Assembly (NCBI GenBank): GCA_043228905.1
Contig: JBHGNT010000004.1
Coordinates: 23,994,001-24,058,000 of the forward strand
Direction of reading: 5' to 3'
DNA from: Azolla caroliniana
Lineage: Eukaryota; Plantae; Polypodiophyta
DNA: 64,000 nt
Both the position numbers and the translations under genes were made by a program. The notes beneath the pieces were generated by a model. It was not told the DNA's origin, did no database searches, and was given only the letters and a program-made list of their open reading frames with translations. The first letter of the stretch is position 1. Each line of letters starts with the position of its first letter. Below, piece by piece: positions 28,287-39,717 of this stretch.

Positions 28287-31200
28287 TCATTCAGTTGCCT
28301 TCGCGACCACGGGATTACGACCGAATTGTGCCACCATTGGTTTTCCTTTCAGCAAGAAGCCATGAACAATATTCTAAAAACATACAAAAAAATCCACAAA
28401 AAAAAAATTCAAAATAATATGATCTCAAAGATACATCACAAAAATATACTCAATACAGCATAAATACAAAAGTAGATATTATCAAAATGAAGAGTGAACA
28501 AAGCATATCATACCAATGCATCTTCTGCTAACTCGGTTGATGGGAAAGTAACAAAAGCTTGACCTCTCATTCGACCTTCCTGTATATAAAGCAAGTTTAT
28601 ACTTGAGATTATTTAAAAACAGAACTCTACTCTGTATATAATAATTCAATGCAATAAACACACCTGCATAAGTTTTATCCCAAGCTGAGGTTTTAGTTCT
28701 TCAGATTTATCAAATATAGCACCTGCAAAGCATCTCTAATCATTTTTTGTTTAACAAGCTACATGTGTAGCAGAAATGGGATAAAAAATTGATCACTATT
28801 GGCAGACAAAACATTTACCAAAGACGAAATGAAGATCTTCCTTTGTTACATCTTTCGCCAAGTTCTTTATGTACAGAACTTGAGTTGGATTACCTCTTGT
28901 ATAGTTCTGCAGTTAGAATAAACCCAAATTAACTCCAAAATCTTATTCAATAAATTAAATCTTACCCAGAGGAAATGATGCACATTTTTTATAACACACG
29001 GGACGGGCAATGCACAGATGCAGTAGCGATTGTACTATAATGAATAAGTATGCTGCTATGTTTCACAAAAAAATTAGGCATTGAAGGAAAAATATTCAAG
29101 CATAGTTAATGGTATAAGAGAATAAATAATCTAGACCAACCGAGCCACTGTTTCATCAAACAATGAAACACATTCACCAAGTTTCCTCAAAGAAAAAAAA
29201 CCCAGACCATTAGAACACAATCTAATGATAGCAACACTACTTTAAAAGAACTATGATATATTTACATCATGGCAACACTTAATAACACATTTGATACAGA
29301 AATTAGTTTTATATGCCACTCTAGAGCCATACTCATATCGTATAACTTTATAAATATTGATTTACCTTGAACACTGGAAGGGCAAAGAGCTCATTAGCAG
29401 GCATTCTTCCAGCAATAAGCTCTTCCCGTGATATTGTGTTTCTTGATTCTTTGCTCTCTTCCTTGCCTAACTGATCTGTTGCTTCTGGTTCGTGTGAAGG
29501 TGGCTCAGGCAGCCTCTGTTCTTTCTCCTTTGGCTGCTCCTGTTCTTTCTCTTTTGACTGGACCTTGGATATTATATTAATCTGCTCAAACAGCAATCAA
29601 ATTCTCAATCATTTACCAATGGTGATACAATATATCATTATTTATTTGAATCAAATCTTCTCCTGTAACTTATCAATGTTGGAAAAGGTTGGTTTGACAG
29701 AAATGAGATATGGAATACTCACCTGTAAAACTGGTCTTTTTTTCTTTATCAAGGCCTTTTCCTTGGGAACCAATGCTGTAGTTATTGCTTCTCTAGAATC
29801 TTCTACCATAGCCTTCCTCTTTTTGTTAGCTCGATTAGCATTACTAGAGACTTCCATATCCCCTCCTGCCACAGATGTGCCTTTCTGCTTTAATTCCACA
29901 TATGTATCAGTTAATCGAAAAACTTTGAGTTACCCCTGCCTTTTCTTTATTTCCCCAAACACCAGTGCTTTTGTTATTTATCAAGATGCCCTTGGTTAAC
30001 AACAAAAGAGAATTTATATGTGCTGTTAGAGCAATTATATGATCAATTCATCCTATTTTCTCAAACCTATGTTCCATTATTTTATTTCCTCAAACGGTCT
30101 AGGTCAACCCACGAAAGAGAAATAACTTCTGCTATTTGAGAAATTATACAGTCCATAGTATGAACCATACGCGCATTCGCATTCGAGTATGGTAAACACC
30201 ATTGAAGTATGGTAAATACCATACTTTGGTATTCATTATTTATTATAAGGTACTTTTCATTTAAGGTAAGAAAATTAAGGTAAAAAGTGTAAAAAAAACA
30301 TAAGAATGTTTTGATATACACATTCGCTTGCATTCATATGACAGAATGTTGGCCAATGCATTCGAGTATATTATGTACTATGATACAGTCAATTCATCTC
30401 TCATTCAGAGGTTGACTAAGGAAATTTGGGAAATAAGAAAAACTGAAGGGCATTTGGGTAAGAATGATAAACTTGGATAATTCGGACATTTTTCATAAAT
30501 CAAAATGAGGATAGCAAGAAAGTTTTCTACCTCTTCTGATGATTCTATCTCAGATTCATCACTCGAAAGATCTCTATCAGGGTATGCTGGGGCAGCTGGT
30601 TCTGGCGGAGGTGGTGGGAGTGGAGGTGTTGGGAGAGCAGGACGAAATGGTGCTGGTAAGTTCATTTTGTTCATTAGATGCAAGACCTGATGGACCATGA
30701 CTATATTAACATAAACCCATCAGAGAAATGCACATAGAAAAGCAAACATGTTTTCATCAAACCACAAACAGGCCAAACTTACTTGAAGCATTAGTAAGGA
30801 AATACCTGTGTATAGAATCGAGGAACTGCAATTAATGCATTAACGATGTTCGTTAATATGTTCCCATCTGGTGGAGGGTATGCATACCTGCAAAAAATGA
30901 AGTCTCGTGTTGAGTAGAAATTAAGGAATATACTCTATGTTTAGCTGAGAACAAATGTGTAGCTGAAAAATATTTTCACATCTTTGGAAGTTTCCTTACT
31001 CTAAGTGAGGTGGGAATGGATAGTCAACACCAAGACTTGGTGCAATGGGCTCACTTCTTGGACCTCCACCAGTTATCCCTTTCTCAAAGTGGCCCACGGA
31101 ATAGGGTAATCTTTGTGCTTCTCTTTGAGTTTCTGGTATATTTGCTTGAGGGTGTGCAGAAGACGAAAGAGGATGGTCACTCTGTTCTTTATTTGAACCT

Positions 31201-32056
31201 TTTGGAACTTTTGGTTTAGCTCTCTCCACTGCTAATATTTTCCCCAGAAATCGTAGCCTGTGATTTATTTGATATAGGTTGTAGAGGATTAACAATGAAG
31301 CAATCTCTATTCGCAACTTCCATACCATAGTAAAACCACTAGTGTTGTACAAACTTTATGGATTTAAACATTAGATATTAACAAATATTTCTTGAAAACA
31401 GTGGAGAATGTATATTGAAAGGCATCTGTAAAACAAAGCCACACGCCAAACATAATGCAAGACAGTTTTCATTATGAATTTCAATGTGCTACATACACAA
31501 AGACAGCATTAGCTTATGGATTGTTTTGCCAAAGCCTAAAGTTCAAGTATTCAACTAGAATATCAACCAATACACACCTGTGTAATCGAGATTGTGCCTG
31601 GGCAGCATAAGCCTCTTCTTTAAAATCCACAAAAGCGCAGTTCTTCATCCTGTGGAGAGCCACAAAAAGAAGAAACCAAGAAAATGAAAACGCATACCGA
31701 AGAAAGAAGAATGACTTGAAGAGCCGGAAAGATGTGCATATGTGTGCATTGTATGTGTATACGTCCGTACATATGCATGTATGTATGCGCATATCCAGGG
31801 ACTGTATGAATGCATGTATAGAGCGAAGGAAAGATTACTTGGCAGCAACACAGGGACGGATATCAGAGGCTCCATAGTGAGAGAAGAGGTGTTTTAGGGT
31901 TTCAAGGGGGAGGGCGTCTGGTAGGTGCTTCACCAGCAAAGTAGTAGTCCCAGCAGCAGCCTCCATCCCCGATTCTTGTGAAGAAGAAGAAGAGGAGGAG
32001 AAGACTCCAGGAGGGGCTCTCTGATTCGACAGAGGAGGGGCAGGTACGTCCACCAT
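28287..32056 (-). CDS. RNPC3: U11/U12 snRNP 65-kDa protein (minor spliceosome, two RRMs); exons 32056-31839, 31649-31578, 31257-31000, 30887-30806, 30686-30531, 29884(or 29887)-29723, 29581-29366, 28906-28819, 28722-28664, 28579-28514, 28373-28287
   Basis: RRM1 TLLVKHLP...CAFVDF; YPFPPHLEYAYPPPDGNILTNIVNALIAVPRFYTQVLHLMNKMNLPAPF; proline-rich linker; RRM2 VLYIKNL...GRMRGQAFVTFPS. Confidence 0.92.
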
Positions 32057-32112
32057 AGCCGCTGCTTCGCCAGTCTATTCCTGCACAATTCTCCACAGTC
32101 GAAGGAAGTGCA

Positions 32113-32155
<43 letters not shown>

Positions 32156-32497
32156 GTGTCACGAGCTGACAACGTCTGTCACAAGGAGCCCGACTCAGTG
32201 AAAAGGAGCCCGACTCTGCGAAAGGGAGCCCGACTCTGTCACAAGGAGCCCCGCTGTCAGACCACATCAGTAAGTAAGAAGGAGCCCGACTCTGTCAAAA
32301 GGAGCCCGACTCTGTAGCAACAAACATCAAAAACTCCACAAAATTGTAAGTGTACAACAAATATTTGCCATGAAACTGATCATAAAATTTCTCAAAAAAA
32401 CCTAAACATTCAAATAACAAGTCTTACATAAAATATTAAAATGTCAAATGTTAACAACCCTAAAATGAAATATGAATATACACGTTACATATTAAGA

Positions 32498-34003
32498 TTA
32501 TGGCTCATGTCGAGATGATTGCAATATGCAACCACAATTTTTACAGCATGTAACATTTGAGTCCCTTGAAGTCAAGGTCAAGCCATCACAACGCAAACAG
32601 CGAACCTTCTCATGGTCAACCAATGGCAATCTCCTCCTAGCCCGACTAGCACCTCTTTGTAGTTTTCCGAAGTGGGATTTGGAAGTGTTTGGGGAGCTGC
32701 CAATAAGTTCTTGCGAGATGTCTATTGTTGCACTTCTTTTGGCACCGATTTGTTGGTTGCAACTTATTGATCTATCATCGTCTTCATTGGTTGATTTTGG
32801 TGCACCAACGCGATAAACCTTCTCAGCCACATCTTCCAATGTTTGTATACCTTCGACAATAGTTGCACGATCGAAGATTCCTAACCCTTGCTCGAGACAT
32901 TGAAGTGCTTTCACGACTGTTTGTATTTTGGACTTGAATGATTCAATCTCGGATATTGTGGGGTTTGTCTCCTCTACTTGCTCTACCTCTGCCTCCACTT
33001 CTATTTCTGTATTATGGTCCATTCGCATTTGGGTTGTGTGATCTATAAAAGGCAATGAGCCACATAAATGTGGCATATGCCTCTCAATAATCATTCGGAT
33101 ACCTAGTAAATGCTTACATTTACTCACAATGTCTTGGCAATCACAATATAAGCATTGGAGTGAGACATTATACCATAGAGTGGGAGTCGTCATGCTCAAG
33201 ATTCTAAACCAATATCGGGCCTCGTCGACAATTTCAATTGTGGAAGTATTGTCGACATACCTTTCCAATATTCTCTCCGCTTCTTTAAGTCGAGACCTTT
33301 GATCCCTACAATTCGCATGGGGTGCAAACCGACCACTCTCACATATTTCTTGTCGTTGCTTGTACCACTCTATTACCGTTCCTCCTATGCAAGTGCTAGT
33401 TTCATTGTCCCCGATTAAGACATGCAGAAGGTCGATAATTGATCGGTTTATTCTTCCCCTCAAGGTAGTATACTTGATAAACTGCCAATGTCTTTCCACA
33501 ATATTGGTAGTGTCAACGTGTCCATAGTTGAACATTCTACCAAACTTGGGCCAGAGTTTCCTCCACACACATGTCAAACCACACCATCCTCCTTCTATAT
33601 ATTGCCAAACACCGGGCTTGTCCGCATATTCTAACTTTAACTCCTCACACATTGCATTGAATGATGATTCAGTAATGCATTGCATCAGTTGGCACATTCG
33701 TTGATAAAGATGGATTCTCTCATTTGCACTTACTTTTGGCAACAAGTTGTCCACCCATGACTTTTTGGCGTGAAACTGACACAACAAAAGTCGACAATGT
33801 GTTTGGGACCGTTGCCCATTTACAACAATCCAAGATTGACGGTCTGTTGCAACCACATAAGTTATGGCATTATATGATGTCCAACATTTATCGATCACTA
33901 CCGCATTTGGCCTCACCATGGGCATCCTTGCGAATATGACTCTCAAACAAGTTTCTAATGCCACTTGCTCATGGTTTGACCCCTTATCAGAACTACAAAG
34001 CAT
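32498..34003 (-). pseudogene. MULE transposase with SWIM finger, N-terminally truncated
   Basis: VVIDK...LLCQFH...TTNIVERHW (second D, CxxH and E of the MULE DDE domain) and CDC...CKH SWIM. The region expected to hold the first catalytic Asp is absent. Confidence 0.8.
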
Positions 34004-34721
34004 GTACCATAATGGGATCCCAATCAGTCAGGCTCCCTTTTGAATAAGATTCACATTGAGTCTTGTTATGTCTTTGAAGAAGATTGACATCGAGTCTTGT
34101 TATGTCTTTGAATAAGATTGACATTGAGTCTTGTTATGTCTTTTGTATTGTTTACAACAAGGACCGAAGCACTCTTTCTATATACTTACTCTTTCTACAA
34201 CAACATTCTTTGATTACAACACTCTTTCTATATACTTACTCTTTCTTGGCCTTTCTCAAAAACCATTGCTGTGACTACTTGTCAATAAGCTATTAGTTTT
34301 ATTCTTTTGACACCCAAAACATACAACCAAATATACAACCAAAATGAGATTCAAATATTGATTTGATATTACAAAATGATTTTTAGATAGAGTCCACATT
34401 GAGTCATTTACAACCAAAATGAGACTCAAATATTGATTTGATATTACAAAAATGAGAATGTACATCAAATTGAGTCATATACAACCAAAATGAGATTCAA
34501 ATAATAAGACTCACAACCAGAATGTACATCAACAAATACATATACAACCAAAATGAGATTCACACAATAAGACTCACAACCAGAATGTACATCAAATTGA
34601 GTCATATACAACCAAAATGAGATTCAACTATTTACCAATTATTACAAAAAAGTTGACAATCCGCATGAAATAGTAAATCGAGATCATATGTTTGATGTTA
34701 CAAAGTACAACATGCTAGTGA

Positions 34722-36744
34722 TTAAAATAACCCTATGCCTAGAGTCCTTCGTGTCCATTTTGCCATGATTTTCCGAAGGAGCTGCACATCTTCGAATCCA
34801 AACCATTGCTCCTTACCCTACACCACAAGATGCCATCAACCTAAGCCCAAATTCAATTCTCATAAATACTTACAAATTGATCGTACTCAAATCCTTGAAT
34901 GAACTCCTCGACCAACATTCGAATGGTTTGCATCACGTAATACCCACAATCCGTCCCATTAGGTTGGGTTGGGATATGCAATACCTGGAACCGCTCGTTG
35001 TTGATGATGCAATGGTCGTGTGTGGCACTAGAGATATGTTGTACAGCCAAATCACCCAATGTCTTCATGCCGGCAGTCGGATGATTATTTAGTGGATCGC
35101 AAAAAATAATATGGCTTCTCACCTTGGCATCGAGACCTATAGGAGTCTGTCGCATCTTCAACCAAAGCACCCAATGCCCTGAGTGCAATATCGGAATGAA
35201 GACATATTCCCGTTCAGGGACCCGAGTGAGTATGTCTTCACCCTTATCACTTTGGCCTTCTAGTTGTACCCATGGTGGATCCACAATATGAAACCGCTAG
35301 TTGATCTCGAGGGGCAACGAGTACTCCATCCATAAGTGGAAGAGGGTCATCATCCATGCGGATGCCATCTCCCCTACAGTGCACAACGAACATAGTTCTA
35401 CCTCCGTCAAAAAGACCGCTAGATCTAATCATCGACAAGCCACCTGAAACCTGTTTATTAGGCCAAATTAGTAACTACAAAAAAAACATGAAGTTAACTA
35501 TTGATCTCATGCCCCCACCATAACGGCATACCTAGTGAACTTATTTCTTGTTGTGTTATCCCATGTTTTTGTGATTGTCCCCGGACCAATAAAGACAATC
35601 CCAATGTCCGCACCCTCATCTGTGTCAGATGATGTAATGAACGACAATTTACTAGGGTCCACTATTTGCTTGCATATTTGGATTTTAGGCCTCCTTGGTT
35701 GTTGGGTTGTCGATTCTGACAGTTGGTCTTGACCACCATCGATCTCGACATGTGTCTCATCTTCTGGCATCGGAATTCCATGATTCTTACACTAAAATTC
35801 ATACATAAGATTCACACATAATCATTCACACACTAGATTTAGACTCACATAAGATGCACAGATAATCATAAACCTTACTTACGTAAGCTTCAGACACATC
35901 CGCAATCTTCAACTTCAATTTTGCCATCCTATGCTCCTTTCCCTCGTCATACCTAGCCATCTGTTGGCTGACGAATTGGGCAATGAAATCGGCCTCCTTG
36001 GATGTTTGAAGTGCGTTCGGAGTGGCTTTGAAGATCTTAATCGCTCTTGTCCTCAACTTCCTCATGTGTGATTGGCGTGACCTGTTGTACTTTAGCTCCG
36101 GATCCAAAAAACGCTTTATTGATCATTGTCTTTCGTAGTGGCTGAAGAATGACGTGGTTGTACTCCTCATGGAGGCCGATTGCTCTTCTTCTTCTATCTT
36201 TAGCCCCCGAGGCAGTACTACACGGATGCCATGTGCCTTCTGTAAGTGAGCCTCCATGTCAACTTTTTTGCGAAACCATCGTACCTCTTTTCTACATGAA
36301 TCTCCAACGATACATGTGCGACATTTGATACTTGTCGAGTCTCTTCCCGCCTTGAAGAGGGACATGGGGTCCACTACAACAATGGTGTGACATTTGCATT
36401 AGAAAAACCCAATATATACTTACTTCAATAATGATTATAAGAATGTACATCAACTCACCATTTACACTGATGTCTTCAACACCTGGCCCCACGTCATGTA
36501 TGGGGTTCGTATCCATGTTCGAGTCTTTAGTAATGATGTTTTCAGCATCCATATTGTTGGATTTGGGGCACCTAGCACCCTTTCTTACAAAAACCCTAAA
36601 CCATCATTCAAGTTAGCACACAAACATCACTATTTATACACAATATAAAGTTGAGAAATGATTCATGCCATACCTCCCTTCATAGGGTATTGTTTCACCC
36701 CAATCCGCATCAAAGTCTATGAAGGTCTTGGACCGACTAACCAT
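34722..36744 (-). pseudogene. MULE-borne multi-exon gene with an N-terminal CxxC..H..H finger and a C-terminal Ulp1 (C48) protease; probable frameshift near 36110
   Basis: FIPILHSGHWVL, FCDPL and QPNGTDCGYYV give the H/D/Q/C Ulp1 motifs. GT-AG exons run from ATG 36744 to TAA 34722; internal exon limits are approximate. Confidence 0.72.
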
Positions 36745-39717
36745 CTGTACAAAACACATGCCAAAACATTACCATATGTTTGTCTTTAAATTCAAGAATA
36801 CTTGAGTCTATCCTATTGTTTCTACACAATACATTAGTGTTAAGGATTTTGGAATGGACAAAAATTGTCAATGATTTCAAAAAATAGATCAATCTTAACA
36901 AATTCTAACATATCAATGTCAATAATTTAAAATTCATGAATGCTACTTGCAGTTTTTATTTTAGTTTTTGTAATATATATACATAGAGGGCACATTCTAA
37001 ATTAAGGGAGATAGCCATAATAATGATACATATTTAAATCATAGTCATAGTTCATGAGTCCATGACAAATAGTTGGTCTTCATGGAGAATCCTAATTTCA
37101 TTCAGCAAGAATTTATCATTTATCATTTAGAATACTATAATGGACACAACATTTTACTTCCAACTTAAAACATACTTACGTAGACTTACATAACACACGA
37201 CTTTTTTTAATAAGGCATTCATTACATTATTATTATTTGGGGTCAAGCCATCGCAAAGAATGTATACAAGATTTGAGATTTGACCTTTAAATGTGGGCAT
37301 AAAAAAGCCCAATAATGCATGAATCACATGGGCAAATTCAAGTATTCAAATAATGACATTCAAACCTAATATGGATGATGATTGCTTGAATACACATAGA
37401 CAAGTATTATTTTTATTCCATGTCTACTCAAAACCATGGTTGATTGCTTGAAGACACAATAGAAGGAATAAAATCATATTAGGTTCAAGCAATCATCCAT
37501 ATTAGGTTGATGGTTTTTATGACATGGAATAAAACCTAAACCTAATAGAAGGAATATGATACCTAATAAAAACCTAAACCTAATAGAAGGAATATGATAC
37601 CTAATAAAACCCTAAACCTAATAGAAGGAATATGATACCTACCTCTAGACTGCAGGTGCTTGCAGACAACCGGTGTTGTGCCTCACGGAAGATGTCTGCA
37701 ACAGGTGCTGCCAGACAGCAGGTGGTGCGGCGCGCTCAAAAACCCTAAACCCTCAACCTCACGCTTCTTGTTTGAAAACAAGAAAAAAATGACAGAAAAA
37801 GGCTTTTTATACTTCCCTCAAACTAATGAGAAGGGCTCCCTTTCACAAAATGGAGCCCTTCTTTAATGAGACGGGCTCCTTTTTTTGTGAGACGGGCTCC
37901 CTCTTTAATTGGTGCGCTTTTTTGCGCCTTTTCCACAAGGGCTCCCTTTCACAAAGTGGAGCCCTTCTTTAATGAGACGGGCTCCTTTGTATGTGAGACG
38001 GGCTCCCTCTTTAATTGGCGCGCTTTTTCGCGCCTTTTCCACAGCCACATTGGACGGTGCAGATCACACGCACCCTCATCTAGCGACTTGCACCGTCCCT
38101 CTCCGCGATTCCCTCACTTGCCCTCTTTAATATTTGGTAGTAGTTAGACACCACGGTGTGTGTGTGTGTGTGTGTGTGGGTGTGTGTGGATGTAGATGTG
38201 TATGTGTATGTGTATGTGTTGCCCCAAGGATTGCACAAAAATATAAGTGTCTCAACTCCACCTCCTAGCACACTAGTGAGGCAAATCATTTGCTCTAGGC
38301 ACACCCAAACTCTTATGTGATCAGCGGAGGAAACCACCATTTTGGAGGTTGACAATGCCAGAAAGGAGTGCCATTCTTGGAGGTCATGAATGGGTAGTTG
38401 TCCACATGATAAGAAACTCATGACGTTGAGTAGTTTTGGCATCAGAATCTCCAACTATACCATCCCATTGACCTTCCGGATGTTATATACAATCATACTA
38501 CTCAGTATCTCCCATGCTAGTTGGATTTCCTTCCTTATCCTTGAAAACGATAGAGACAATAATGGTAGTGCAAGAACACTTCTATATTTAATTAATTGGT
38601 GAGTATTATCAATGACCCTACTCTAAATTATCTCAAACCCAAATTATGAAGATGTTTTACACATGTGTGGCATTGCTCTAGAAGCAAACCAACAACCTTA
38701 ATGTTACAAGGCATAAAGCTATAAAAATAATCTAAATATATGTAAAGGTAATGATTTTGTTTTATTTGTTTTGGAGACATGTACAAATCATCTTTTTATC
38801 TTTGTGAAAATCTTCGCATACAATTACATAGTCTTCCATTGTTTGAAGGAAGCAACATGTTCACCCTCACATGATTAGGTGCACATGAGATAGTACAGGG
38901 AATATTTTGATTGCCTCTGTACATCTTGGAAGGGATTACATTATTGAATGCTTTTGGGGCTACAAATTAAGCTTATGCCTGAATTTAAGCCACTGAAATT
39001 CTTTGATAAAAGTTTATGGCTAAGAAGTATATGGGGGAACTCAACGTGTCATGATAATCAACAAACTATTGTGGTTATTTTGGAGTAATGTGGTTGAATG
39101 TGTATGATGGCATTTCTGTTGTATATATTGAAGTGCAAAGCCACTCAACCTAACTAATGGGAAATATCTTTTTATAATAAAAATGAGACTATTGTGGTAA
39201 GGGTGACAAATGTTGGGAAACCGGGTTCTCAATGTGAACTACTACTTTCTTGCAAATATTCAATGCCTAGAGTCACTTGTAGTGAAGGTCTTCATTTGGA
39301 CAATTTTGATTGGGGTTTGTTTTGGGATTAGCTCTAAAACAAGCTACATGGACTAGCAATTGACAATTGTTTCTTTTGCATTGTTCAAGTCGAAGATAAT
39401 ACTCATTGTTTTATACAATGAATTGCTTATCAGATTTGGAGGTACATTTCTCCAATTTGGCAAATTTTGTCATGGTGTTATTTGACTACGATTCTTTTGC
39501 AACAACCAAAAATAACAATTTATTGAATAGAGAGCCTCATTATATGATAAATGAAGTTCTCAACAAACAACAATAATGATCAAGCAATCAGAGAGTATTT
39601 CATCTGACATAATAATGGTGTGGTTCCACAATCACGATACACAAAGCCACAAAACCTTTTTACAAGAGACCCATTTAATCCACGCTTATTGTTCAATATA
39701 TAGGATGTCAACAAGAG

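Larger units (their letters stand above)
32160..38158 (-). mobile_element. Mutator-like (MULE) DNA transposon, ~6 kb, with short degenerate termini and inverted subterminal repeats
   Basis: CAC...GTG ends. ggagcccgactc repeats at the left (32183-32316) and inverted gagacgggctcc repeats at the right (37830-38010). Both sides are flanked by TG microsatellite. Confidence 0.8.

Noticed and set aside
30687-30805. Intron starting GTATTTCCTT in U11/U12-65K as a U12-type intron
   Set aside because: It does not match GTATCCTT and there is no TCCTTAAC branch site near the acceptor.
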